64,000 bases of DNA from the human T2T-CHM13v2.0 reference genome, Homo sapiens. The stretch lies in assembly GCF_009914755.1 (NCBI RefSeq), contig NC_060947.1. One strand, written 5' to 3'. Made by a program: the position numbers and the translations under genes. Below are positions 32,471 to 46,070 of this stretch, piece after piece. Position 1 is the stretch's first letter; each line of letters begins with the position of its first letter. The notes below the pieces were generated by a model, which was given only the letters and a program-made list of their open reading frames with translations, was not told the DNA's origin and did no database searches.

Positions 32471-33714
32471 TTGAAATCTAAATTAATGCTGCCCATGGTT
32501 CCAAGAAGCGTTATTATTAAAATTCACTCGTAAGAAAGACTGGTCATTTACTTAGGAGAATATAATTCACTTCAGAGATTTTATTCAACAAAAATAAATA
32601 ACAGAAGCTGGCAGGTACTAAGACATTATTTTACAAAGTTAAAACATTACCTCTGGTTTCTTATCCTTGGCTGTGATTACAAGACCACATGGTCTGCTGC
32701 TTGAAAGTGCTTTACTGGCTCCAACTTTAAATTGCCTTATGATTTCTATAAATGAGAAGTAGTTGTAAACTCTAAGGATTCGTGATATCACTGGCTTTGC
32801 TAATCAACTAAATCACTGGTCTGATTTCTCTTTTGAACTGCCAACAGTTCAACTCTTTTTCTAAATCAAATCTTATGGACAATCACAATATATGAAATCG
32901 GGCAAAGTCTTCTGCTTTGGTTGAAGCAGAAGGGGGCTTCTTGCCCTCTACTATCCATCTCACTATCCCCTAAAGGCATGTCCCTAAAACCTCAGAGTCC
33001 TGGAAACAGGGAAGGAAAATACCATGTGAGATGGAGTGAGCAGCTTCATATCTGTATTAATTCAGCTCCCTTTAGACCGCTCTGCCTGATACTATACTGA
33101 ACAATATCTTTTGCTGCTACACCAGGAAGTCCTCACAGGATCTTAACCCTCTTCTGCAGAGCTCAAGGGAAAGAAACTCTTCACAAACAGCTGAAAAGGG
33201 CACTCACTGACCAATGCTTGGCAAAACAGAAACGAGTCACAGAAACACAACAAAGGGTCTTTTCCAATGGCAAAGTAAGCAATAGGTCTGCCAGGGGTGT
33301 GGACAGCAGTCAGGTATGCTTAACTTTGTGAACTTTGATTTTTTTGTCGTTGTTGTTCAATTACTTTTGTTTGCACTAGAAACACAAAACAAAATCATAT
33401 ACCTAGGCAGGGTACAGGTAAAAAAAAAAAAAACAAAAAAACAAAAATAAAAACGGTAAAACTTTGGTTATAGTTCAGGAAATACAAAAACTGGTAAGTC
33501 CCAACCAATAACCATGACCAATCTGTTAACCATCCCATGCATCCCATTGAGTGGTTGGTTAGTAGCCACTGCCAAGCCATTATCCCTGATGGTACACATC
33601 AAAAAATTAAAATTTACAGAAGTTAGTTTTAGATAGTTTTAAGTGCTGGTTGTGCACTGGGAGAATGGCAGAGTAACTCCCACTATCTTGATGCACTCAA
33701 TGCCAGGTTCCATG

Positions 33715-34082
33715 TGTAGTACCCGATGTCAAAGCTTCTCCCAGATCCCCTCAGATCCCTTTTAACCATTTCTGTGCCTCCACTTCAAAGTTAATGGCCA
33801 TAACCAATGACCATTGGGTAAGGGAGCATGAAAGCCCGGCTCCCTTGCCAGGGATGGGCTCGGACATCTCTGAGGCACGTTGATCTTTCAAAGTCCCTTG
33901 CAGGATCAAGGTAAAGCCACCCTCTTTAGGACTCTGCCTGAGATGGCAGCCTTGCTTCACTTCCTCCCCTAATTTGTCCTGATTCCTTTTACTGTTCTCC
34001 TAGGAACGCTTACTTAAAAATCTCTTGGATGGGAATCTTCATCTCAGGGTCTGCTTCTGGGAAACCCCACCTAAGAAAACAC
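33715..34082 (+). mobile_element. LTR16A-like solo LTR
   Basis: Terminal ctcagggtctgcttctgggaaaccccacctaag; LTR16 body motifs. Confidence 0.7.
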
Positions 34083-34793
34083 ACTACCTCAGATTGGTTG
34101 GTGTGAGGAATCTTATTCTCCCCAGGAGCAGTTCTGGTGTGCAATTAACATGGCATTTGCCGCACCCCTTTCCTCCCACAAATATGTCCATAATCTTTAG
34201 CCTAAATTGACTTATTTAATCAAAAAGGTGAGACTATAAATCCAAATAATATAAAGTCCCAGTTGAAAAGAATGTACAGGGCATGTCGTGTATGGGTTGG
34301 ACAAATTGTCAAGTTAAAATTTAAAAATAAACTTTCTGCAATGTAGTAGTGTGCTTTCCTTACATTACTAAGTTGGACATAAGTAATTTACATAAATCTT
34401 TGTGAAGTGGAGTTTAGTCTTGCTTTTTGGTTGTTTGTTTCTTAAAGGTAGCAATCCTGCTGTACTAAGGAGCTATAATTTAAAGCATAAAATTGCACTA
34501 TAAGTGAAAGGAATTAGGCTAAATCAGCACACATATTAAGACATACTTTGAAAATTGCTCCTCGACCAAACTTTATATGAGCTTGCTTTCTTGTAATTTT
34601 CCTAACTCTATGGGTTTGTAGGCAGGAAAAATTTCTGAGTTTTCTTAGGTTGCACTTATTCTGACAACTATGAATCAAGTCCATCCCATGGGACATGAAT
34701 TTTGGTAAACCTAGTGAGAGCTAACAATCCAGAAGGGGCCAGCCTTATGTCACTGCATGCCTCAGGTTAAATAGACACAATAGCCTGGCTTAC

Positions 34794-35000
34794 CTTTATT
34801 CCCAGGGCTTCTCCAGAAATGACAGCAACTGTCACACCATCCTTACTGGGTTTAGGGATTTCTTCACTTTTCAGTTCCTGGTACTGAGGCTCCACCATCT
34901 TCTCTGAGCTCCTCAAATTAACCCACAGTTGTAGGCCATGGGCTGGCTCCTCTGAGCAAGGCATCTCAGCGTGCAGAATGCCCCGGCCCGCAGTCATCCA
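34794..35000 (-). CDS. PIR: Pirin coding exon (exon 5), aa ~92-160
   Basis: Translates WMTAGRGILHAEMPCSEEPAHGLQLWVNL...SGEALGIK (inside ORF 34767..35021); acceptor tttgcag, donor gtaagc; 207 nt; His101/Glu103. Confidence 0.98.
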
Positions 35001-35267
35001 CTGCAAACACAAAACCAACAAGAGGGAAATGTAACCAAGCTCCTAATAAGTCTATAGGTGGAACAATTACAACACCATCACTAAGTGAGACATCTTACCA
35101 GTGCTGCTATCAGAGCCCCTGGGCATCGAGGGGAATAATAAACATCAGTGACAATTGCTGGGGCCCTTTCCAGTTTTGCAAATGCTTCCTGTGCTTCCTC
35201 ACTTGAAATCAACACATCGGAACTGGAATTCCCACAAATGGAAGAATCCTCTCTTTGACTTCCCTGA

Positions 35268-35691
35268 GTCTTAGATTAAGCTCTAAGATGGGGAGTTGCA
35301 GGAAGATAGTATACTGGGCTGTGTTCTCAGGAGATACAACTTAAGTAGTGAAAAAAGCAGGATTGGGCAGGGGGAGAAGCTCCCCAGCAATGCAGTTACT
35401 ACAGAGGCTTTAGCCAATCCAACAGGGAGCTCTGGAGTTGAGATGAACCTTCAGAATTGTCCCGACTTGAGACAATGTGGCCAAGTTTTTATATCCCCAC
35501 ATCAGCAAACCATTGACTGTGGGCCATCCCCAGGTGGAAAGCACAACTTTGGGTGAGGCAATTCCCTGCTGCAGAGGGCAGTTCCTAGGAAGGGAAGCCG
35601 TTGTGAGCCATCAGCAGCCAGTGTTCCCAGACATTGGAGGATAAATATGTGGGCCTACAAATACATTTGGAGGTCCCCAGTATCCACTATA
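35268..35691 (-). mobile_element. LTR16-family solo LTR
   Basis: gcaggattgggcagggggagaag...agtatccacta. Confidence 0.6.
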
Positions 35692-35899
35692 CTGTGGATG
35701 GTTAACTTGTATCTGTACTTGCTCAGTTCCAGTAATGGAACCCTCGCTACTTGGAGAAACAATTATTGCCTCCACTGTTATGCAGATTCTTCAAGTGTTT
35801 GTTCATGTCTGTATTAAAAGCAGATTAGGGACCAGCCCCAAAGACTAAATCTTGGAATCTGGAGATGAAGGTATGAACATCATAGATGCATTTCCTACC

Positions 35900-36359
35900 T
35901 GTCTTAGTTTGAGTTCTCCCACAGAAGTTGTGAGACAAAGACATGTGCAGGTTGTTTATTTGGAAAGTGATGCAGAAAGCACAAGTGAGAGAGTAGGGAA
36001 GAGTGAGGCAAGGGAGAAAGCCAAAAAGAGTTGTTAATGAGAAGGTTATATCTGTGGACATCTGGAATTCAATCCCACTGGGAACCATATATGTACTTTG
36101 AAATTGTTGCATGGAGAAGAGGGGAAGCTAGGGTATTTAGACTCTAATTCCCATCCTTCACTGACCAAGAGTTCCCATGGGAGTGTTAAATCACTGACAC
36201 ATATGGTCTGCCCACATATGGTCAGTGAGGGCTGGAGAAAGCCCTCAGACAGAGTAACAGCACTTGAGATGGTACTGTACACATACGGGGACCATCACCA
36301 CCTGAACTCACAGTTGGGCCAAAGGGCTATGAGGCAGGCCATCAACAGCATCTTCCACA
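35900..36359 (-). mobile_element. LTR16-family solo LTR
   Basis: tgtcttagtttgagttc...caacagcatcttccaca. Confidence 0.65.
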
Positions 36360-36740
36360 CAGCCCTCATCAGGAGAAAAATCCTTAAACAAACAATGTCA
36401 TGCATATCATTATTGCCATTATAATTGTGCTTGCGCTTCGAAGAATGACAGGGTTCTGTGAGCACGTGAAGTGTCCTGCTCAGTTCAAGGCAGCTTATCT
36501 GAGGGTGCAATCTTCAGGCTGAGATCCAAACAAGGAGTAAGAATTAGCCAGGGGAAGGGGAAGAGGAAGAGGATTCCACAGAGAAACAACAGCATGTGAA
36601 AAAGAATCTGAGACAAGAATGAGCATTATTAGTTGAAGGATCTGAAAGGAGGCCAGTGCATACTTTAAAGATTTTTTTCTTCCATGAAGTCTAGATTTCC
36701 CTCTACTCCCATTTGAAAAGGCTTGTTAAACCTTCTAATG

Positions 36741-36946
36741 TAGGAGTTGGCAAACTACAGCCTGGGGGCCCAATCTAACCTGCCACCTGTTTTTGTAAAA
36801 GTTTATTGGCACACGGCCATGCCCATTCATTGACATACTGTCTATGTCTGCTTTCATGCTGCAATGACAGAGTCTGGTAGTGGCAACAGAGGCCATATGG
36901 TCCCCAAAGCCCATTTGCCCTTTATAGAAAAAATTTGTTGACCCTG
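36741..36946. mobile_element. MER58A
   Basis: gttggcaaactacagcc...aaatttgttgaccctg; TSD ttctaatg/ctctaatg. Confidence 0.85.
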
Positions 36947-37294
36947 CTCTAATGCAGTATAAGGTATACCTAAACACCCTCTTATGCTGCATTTCTTCTG
37001 TCTAATGATAGTTATTGGTGTCCCTCAAAGACATCCTCCCATTTTTAAGCATTTTCCTTTTCCCTTTAAAGTTCATTTCTTCATATTTTCAATACCTTGG
37101 TTATCCTTTTTAGATATGAGCTAGTTTGGCAATACTTTACCTAAAATGGCCTATATATTGGATCTGGAAGGGGAGAATGGGGTTCTCTTTCCATCCTCAT
37201 CATTTACTAGCTCTGAGGCTATGGGCATCTGTTTTTAAAAACATCTTTAAATCCCCATTTCCTCATTTTTAAAAATGAGATGAGAATAATATTA

Positions 37295-37590
<296 letters not shown>

Positions 37591-38602
37591 ATAATAATAA
37601 TACTACTTATCGCAAAGAGATCATGCATACAAAAACTCTGAATAAACTGAAAGACACTATGCAATCATCATCCTAATCAATGTGAAGTTATAGTGGTAGA
37701 AGAAGTGTTGACCACTGTCTCACACATATGGCTGCTAGGCAGCTCCATGGTGCAGATGGCAGAAGTCACCACTTCCACGATCAGGACATTTCCAGTCATC
37801 ATATGTATCTTTGCAAGCAGTCTTCATTTCATGTTCTGCTCCAGTGAGAGGTTACTATTGACTTTTTGCCATGACTTTTTTCTTTTGCTTTTTTGTCTTT
37901 AAATTTCACTTTCATTGAAATATTATGATTCAAATATGTGAATTTATCATTCCTCAAAACATATACATATAAAATCCCAGACAGTACCTGGTATAGAGTT
38001 TCGACTTACAAAACTGGCAAATATGACCCAAGTATTTTGGGGGATTTTAATTGTAACATATCTCAGACAAGACTAGGATGATGGAGGGCTCGAGGTCATT
38101 GTCTTAAGTGATAACACCTAACCCTGCAAATGAGTTGGAAGATAAATAATACATTGTCTCAAATGCAGCAGAGAGGTCTAGAAAGATGAGGACTGAAACA
38201 ATCACTGAATTTGGCAACTGGGACATCACAAGTGACCATTACCTGAATAGCTTCAGTAAAGATTTGGAAGGGGCTACTGAGAGGCCAAATCTGATCTCAG
38301 TAAGTACAAAACGAATGAAAGATAAGGAAGTTGGGATATCATTCCTGATTACTCTTTTGAGAAATGTAAGAAAAAGACTAGGTGGGAGCTAAAAAGTGAT
38401 TGAGGGGTCAAGGAAAGTGTGAAAGAAGAATATAAGAGACCTGTGTGGTTTCCAGGCTGAGTAAAAGAATCTGTAGAAAAGGAAAAGTCAAGAATATAAT
38501 AGAGAGAGTGTGGAAAGGGTGAATGTACTGGAAGTGGGCAGGATCAAGCACGTGCACCCAAAAACTACTAAACCACCAGCAATTCCTTGTCCTTGGCCAT
38601 AC

Positions 38603-38686
38603 CTGCAAATCTCCTGGGTTCATTTTACCAGTGTGTCCACAGAAGTCTTCATGGGCCATGCTGCCCCCTTCCAGGAGGTAGGATAC
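38603..38686 (-). CDS. PIR: Pirin coding exon (exon 4), aa ~64-91
   Basis: Translates VSYLLEGGSMAHEDFCGHTGKMNPGDLQ; acceptor ttttcaaag, donor gtatgg; 84 nt. Confidence 0.97.
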
Positions 38687-38713
38687 CTTTGAAAAACAAA
38701 CAGGAAAAAAAGT

Positions 38714-39823
38714 AGATCCTTTGCCTATTTTTAAATTGGGTTATTATTTAATTATCCCTACTGACTTGTATGAGTTCCTTGTATATTTTGGAACTTAATC
38801 CCTTATTGGATAATATGGTTTGCAAACATTTTCTCCCATTCCGTGAGTTGCCTTTTCATTAAAAAAAAAAAAAAAATAGGCAAAGGACTTGAATAGACAC
38901 TTTCCCAAGGAAGACATACAAATGGCCAACAGGTATATGAAAAGGTAGTCAACATTGTCAGAAAAATGCAAATGAAAGCTACAATGAGATATCATCTCAC
39001 ATCTGTTAGGACAGCTACTAGCAAAAAGTCAAAAGATAACAAGTGTTGGTGAGGGTGTGGAGAAAAGGGAATCCTTATACATTGCTGGTGGAACGGTAAA
39101 TTAGTATAGGCATTATGGAAAAGAATATGGAGGTTCTTCAAAAGATGAAAAATAGAACTCCTATACAACACAGCAATCTCATCCTGGGTATATATCCAAA
39201 CAAAATAAAATCACTATCTCAAAGAGTTATTTTACACTCCCATGTTCATTGCAGCACTATTCATAATAGCCAAGATATAGAAATAACTAGAGTATCTGTT
39301 GACCAATAAATAGATAATGTGGTATATATACACAATGGAGTACTATTAAGCCTTAAAAAATAAGTAAATCTTGCCATTTTCAGCAACACGGATGAACCTG
39401 GAGGATATTATGCTAAGTGAAATAAGCCAGACACAGAGGGACAAATACTGCATGATCTCACATAAACAGAGTAGAAGGGTAGCTACCAGGGGTCAGGAGG
39501 TAGGGAACATGGGAAGATGTTGATTAAAGGGTACAAACTTGCAGTGACAAGATGAATATGTTCTGAAGACCTAAAGCACAGCATAGTGACTAGAATTAAT
39601 AGTAAGTATTATACACTTAAAATTTCCTAAGAGAGTAACCTTCTGTGCTCTCACCACAAAAATAGGTAACTATGTGAGGTAATGGATACCTTAGCTTGAT
39701 TGTGGTAATCATTCCACAATGTATACATACATCAAATCATCACGTTGTACACCTTGAATATAAACAATTTTTATTTGCCAACTGTACCTCAATGAAGCTT
39801 GAAAAAAAGGAAAAAGAAAAAGT
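38714..39823 (+). mobile_element. L1MA9-like element with 5' inversion (38714-38860 inverted, 38861-39807 forward)
   Basis: Antisense L1 block abuts a sense block that starts at nearly the same consensus position; L1MA9-type 3' end; similar A-rich flanks ending in aaaaagt. Confidence 0.85.
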
Positions 39824-40371
39824 GTTATTGGGTAGCTGTGAAGACGTGTTTGCTTTTTCCACAGAAAATTTGTTGAGGAAAGTGTCAGGAGCAACTAAGA
39901 GGAGTAAACTGAGATAAAGAATCTCTGTGACTGGGCCACATTAGCCATACAATGTCTTTGACAGAATCTCACCTAGGTGCCCCTTCCTCCTAGCAGATGC
40001 ATCCCTGAGCCTGCCAGAGCTCACAGCTGAGTGAAAAGAGCCGCCACTCACACCTTCAGCCCAGCAGATGATGGTCCTGGCATGGTGGGCCCTGGAGATT
40101 GGGGTGAAAGAGAGACAGCTCCTGTTGAACCAGCAGGGTCCCTGTTACCAAGGCTTGTTCACACAGGTGTGTGGGATGGCATATGTGAGGTCTCCACACC
40201 ACCAAAAAGCTGCCTCAGGAAATCCAAAGGAAACATATTTCTGACACCAAGCACACAAACTCACTAGGTGCTCAATAAATGTTTATAAAATATGTTAAAT
40301 GAATTCATAGAAAATAAGTCAACTTTTCCAGGGACATGTCCATACTAAATCTAAAAATGGAAAGAAATTCT

Positions 40372-40915
<544 letters not shown>

Positions 40916-42639
40916 GTTTAGATAGAATGAATTTGAAAATCAGTAGTCAACTATGGTAGGCATTTTGTGTAGATAGAAAAACCTTCCCAGGACTTTCTGC
41001 AATCACAGTACCTTTTGGTAGAACAAGACTTGCATCAACTCTAAAAAGCAGAAGAAAAGTAAACCCTTCTTATTTCATTATTCTACTAAAGGGAAAAATC
41101 AAGCAACTCTAAACTTCTCATTTTAAGGCTATAGTGATTACTCTAGCAAATAAAGATTAAAAGATACCAAATAATTAGTAAGAATTTAAAATTACCTCAG
41201 GAACACGGCAACATTGTTATTTGAAATATATAATTTAGCACTTAAAGCGTAAAATGTTGTGTGTCAGGACATGGGCTCTTTTTGTGTAATCTATTTGGAT
41301 TCGACATCCATTTTGTATGCATTTGGGAAATTTATCTGTTAACTCCTTCAAGAAATATCTAAATCCACAATAAAAAACAGAGTGGAAATATTGTAAGATA
41401 TAAAGAAGAAAGAAAAAAAAATGCCCAGGAGGCAAGAGAAGAGAAAATATTTATGAATTTCTCAGCATATACATCAGATATTGCTGTTTTACACAAACAA
41501 AATTGTTCTTTCCTCCTCTATACAAGCACTCATCGAATAAGTCAAAGCCAGATTGTTTTTGTCGTCTATGTTTTTGCTTTATCCTAAGGCATAAAAAGTA
41601 GACCTAAATAGTCTTTTTTCACATGAAAATTCAAAAATTTGTTTTAAAAATCATAAACAGCAATGGTTATTATTTTGCCCTACATATTTGTATATTTAGG
41701 ACATAATCATAAGATATCAATTCAAATATATAAAACCTATGATACAATAATTTTAAAATAATATATTGAGAAGGTAAGTGCACCAACAACATTCATTGAA
41801 CAAATACTCACTGAAGTCCTATAATGTCCTAGGTACTGTGTTGGGAGATAAAAAAGTGGAGAAGACAGATACAGTAATTGTCTTCATGAAGCTTATATTC
41901 TCATGAGGAAGACATATAGTAAGTAGGACTGGTAGAGTTGAAAGTAGAAATTGAGTTTGCAGAGCCAAGCCCCCTCCTCTCTCCCTCCTCTTGAGAGTCA
42001 GCCTATCCACAGAAAGCAAGTGTCCTCTTTCTCTTTGTCTCCGTGAGAGGGACTAGCACCCGTGGTGGTAGCCTACAGGGGTCTAGCACAGCTGGTGAGA
42101 TCTGAGTAAGTCTGCCTTATTTTCAGGTGCAGTATTCAGAAGCCCACCTGCCCGCAGATATAAGCCACCTTCTCCAGTATCAGCTTTATCAGAAATAAAG
42201 GTATTTTTGTCTGCCATCTTTCTTACTCCTTTATCTTCTCAATTGGTTGAGAATTCAGGCTGGGAGAACAAGTTATTATTTATTATGCCTCCTAATACCT
42301 AAACTAAAAGCAATAAAAGCCTTGCTACTGTCATGTTGTTGACGTTTTTATATTGCAGATTTATAATAAACTCTCCTCTTCCTGAGCTAACTTTATTGGA
42401 TGCCAGTTCTTGAATCAAAATATTTATAGAGCACATAATACAGTGCAAATCAGGGCTGGCTGACACAAGGACTCTCCACGTTTCATCCTGCAGAATAATA
42501 TCATTGAGGTATACTGTGAACAGAATAGCCTAGGCAGGGCCTTTACCCCAGCAGGTCACAGGCAGATGGCTACAAAAATTAGAGGTTCTAGGTTTGAAGT
42601 CTAAAACCCCCATCTGGGAACTCGCTATGGTAATGGCAA

Positions 42640-43310
42640 CAATGCAACACTGGCACAGGGATAGAAGAGACCCATTTGTATGGGAAATTAATATATGAAA
42701 GTAGCAATTTCAAATCAGTGGGGCAAGGATGTATTTCCCAGTGAATGATGTTAGAACAAATGACCATATGAGAAAAGACAGTAATCCCCCACTACATACA
42801 AAAACATGTTCCAAATGGATGAAGGATTTAAATGCAAATAGTATACTTCTGAGATTTAAATCTAAGGAAACAAAAAAAACAAGATTTTCTGCACAATTCC
42901 ATTCTCTGCAATATTTACTGCAATAGCAAAAGACAGGGACATTCTGGATGATAGGTTAATAAGTAACGCAACTAAATTACAGTGTAGCCATATAAGAGAA
43001 TACTGTGCAACCGTTAAAAAGTGATATAGATCTTTATTTATTGACACAGAAAAAAATGAAATATTATTTAATTGGAAAAGCAGGTTACAGAACAGCAATT
43101 CTATTTAAAGGGGACAAATAAAACAATGTATTTAAATGGACTCATTTAAATAAAATTATCGAGTTGTGTTAGTATGCATGGAGGTGCCCGGATGAACATA
43201 CATCACAATGTGAACAGTGGTCATCTCCAGATAGTAGAATTTCAGATATGTTTCTTTCCATTTTTCTGACAGTTTGAATTTTCTGTAATAATTAATTGAC
43301 TTTTATACAA
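42640..43310 (+). mobile_element. Very old L1ME fragments
   Basis: Diverged motifs (ttccaaatggatgaaggatttaaatg; aacagtggtcatctc). Confidence 0.55.
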
Positions 43311-43370
43311 TGGAAACAACTTTTTTGTTTTGGAAAAAAGAAAGATGCTGCCGCTAATCAGTGGATGAAA
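43190..43370 (+). other. Candidate antisense 5'UTR exon, probably a far-upstream alternative first exon of BMX
   Basis: Strong donor AAA|gtaagt at 43371; BMX is recalled as the + strand neighbour with an isoform starting inside PIR; start coordinate not derivable from sequence. Confidence 0.45.
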
Positions 43371-45444
43371 GTAAGTGATATAGTTTATTTTACATAGACG
43401 CTGATGAATATCTTGTTCCCTGCTTAGGTGAACTGGGGCTGGATAGAAAGGCAGTGAGACACAAGGAGAAACACTAAGAATCAGAAGAGTAGCTCCATAT
43501 TACATGTAGGACAATGCAGCTCCGACTTTAACATGTGTTACTGTGTGGAAAAGACCTGCATTTTTTATAGAGAGCGCTTATGTCAGAATAGGAACAAAGC
43601 ATTTAGGATCTAATACAAAGCTTAAAAATTTAAGAGGACAAACAAAAGCTTCCAGATTTCAAACAATCAGCCAAACTATAAGGAGTGGTGTCTAGAATTG
43701 CTTTGCTTTTCCTGCTGCACATGCATTTTTAATTAAAATAATTGCATGAGAAAGGCAATCTCCATTCTGTTTGGGCTGAAGCTCCCTTTTGGGCTCTCAA
43801 AGGAGTCCCTTTCAAATCATATTCTTTTCCATCCCCAAATATTTTTCAATTATCCAAGCCTAAGGGCTTTCAGGTTGCTAACCATCTAAAAATATGTCAA
43901 GCAACTTTAAAAAGTAAATTGTGGTGAGTATGACTCATTTAAGGATGAAAAATCTAAGTGGACATCAAGATTTTTTTTTCCAAATTTGATTTTAGGAAGC
44001 AATTTCAACACTTTTTTAAAAAGATTCAGGAAACAGTTATCCCCCCTTTCCTCTACTTTTGCAGTGTGGATGCTCCTTTCCCTGGTTATACAATTAAACC
44101 TCGTTGCTCCTATCCTAAATATCATAAAATCTGAATTAGAGAAGTCTGGTCAATGAAGTTTTATTGAATTCAAAATGCCTATCTTTTACTACTTGAAGCA
44201 AAAAACATACTTTCAGCCTTTGGGGAAAAAAAAAATCAGAAACCAAGGAAACCACTGACCTTTTACTTATTATAACCTTTTATTTGTTTTTTTGCTAAGT
44301 AGTGTAAATGCTAGACTGAGACTTTACATATAAATTAATGTCTGTAGAGGATTTTTTAAAAAACTGAAGCAGTACTTCTGAGAGTTGACACAATCCAGAT
44401 GATTTTTTAGGGCATTACATAATCACAAACACCTGGAGAATTGCCGTGGGTGGCTGACGAATTGTGAGTGTTATGTTTAAACTCAAGAGTTGCATGTGTC
44501 TAATTAAGTAAGAAATTTGTAATCTGAAACAGGTGTTTTCTTAAAGCACTTGACGTGCTTCTTGGTCCTGCTTCCTCTTTTCCTCCTTCTAATTCTTTCC
44601 GTGGGTCTTTACTAAATATTTTTGCTTCCTTGTCAGTTCTTATTTCCTTGTGTGTTTGTGTTTGGGGGCAGAAAGACAAAACACACAATAGTGATGAAAG
44701 AAAAGTGTCACTTGCCATGTGAAGTTTAGGAAAGGTGTACCTCAAGGAGCTATAAATTAATTCTGAAGAATTACAACGCAAGAGATAATATAGTTTGTTG
44801 TTTCTTTCTGGCTGGTATTTAGAAGGCAGAGTCTGAGTACCTCATTCAGTGTTTGGGAATAAGATGCAAGACCTGTTCTTTAAAGCAAAATGTTTATATT
44901 ACAGGGAAAACTATGTTTTCCTTTAATTTCCATTTGCTTTAAAATGGTGGCTGTTTTTTTTTTTTTTTTTTTTTTTTGTCTACTAATGGCTTGGTAGGAA
45001 AAAGAGAAAAACAAAACAAAACACGAGTTGAGGTCATGGCTGATGAGAGATGCCAGCAAGGAACATATTGCATAATAGAAGCTGCTAACTGGTCTTCAAG
45101 GATGTCTGAATCCATACAATTAAGGACTCAAGTTATTTTACAAAAATGTTTTCATGACTTGAGTAGAAACCGGGAAAATCACCCAATTGACTAAATTGAC
45201 TCACCCAATCCCAACCCCACGTACGCACCTTCACAAGTTCCAAAAGGTGGTTTTAACAAAAAGGAAAAGATAACCAACACGGTTCAGGTATTCGGCCAAT
45301 GGATAAATCCGAGTATTTTAAAGCTCTACCAGGTCCTGCCTTACATTTCCCTGCCACCACCCTGCAGAAGCACCAGTGCTTCAGAGACTCCCGCCACTCT
45401 GCCCCCTGCAGGTGTGGCCCTGCCTCCAAAAACTACACCGGCTT

Positions 45445-45640
45445 TGGGGCTCTGGTGCAAACCTCAGGTTTGCCATTTACCAGGTTTGGTATGCAGGGTG
45501 AAGTCCCTTCACTTCTTGGAGGCTCAGTCTCCTCATGTACAGCATAGACCTGGGAGGTGAGCTCTCCGAGAGTGGTAAGGACTAAGTGAGTAATGTGTGC
45601 AAAGCACCTGGCCCATAACAGGTGATGGGTAAGTCCTAGA
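45445..45640 (+). mobile_element. MIR
   Basis: ctcagtctcctcatgt...taatgtgtgcaaagcacctggc. Confidence 0.6.
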
Positions 45641-45689
45641 GTTGGCACAGCCACCACAGCTCCGTGGGCAGAGATCCCATTCGTGGATC

Positions 45690-46070
45690 TTCATTCACGC
45701 TTCCTGGAATAGTTCCCCCTACCCCCTCCAACAGTCTCATAGTTCACCTCCTCGCTTCACTCAGGCCTCTGTTCAAATGTTACTGCCTAAGAAAGGCCAC
45801 CTCCAACCAGCCCATCTGGTCTAATTTATCAATCAATTCTGTATCCTCCAACCATGGTTTGTTTCTTCTTCCTAGCTTTTTCACCATGGGACACTATATT
45901 ATGTAATTATTTGTTATTCATTTATTGTCTGTCTTCATTAAGAGAATGTAAGCCCCATGAAGGCAGGGACTTTTTTAACTTAGCTACTATGGTGCCTAGC
46001 ATACAGCTGGCACTGAAGATTTGTTCAATGAATGAATGAATTGATCAATCAATCGATGGATGGATGGATG
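45690..46070 (+). mobile_element. L2 3' end with (TGAA/TGGA)n tail
   Basis: agaatgtaagccccatgaaggcagggac...aatgaatgaatga. Confidence 0.75.

Noticed and set aside
38681-38689. AG|GT recursive splice site at the exon 4 start (aag|GTATCC)
   Set aside because: GTATCC is a poor donor and simply encodes Val-Ser
41930-42270. LTR-like segment with AATAAA
   Set aside because: Could not identify termini, TSD or family with confidence
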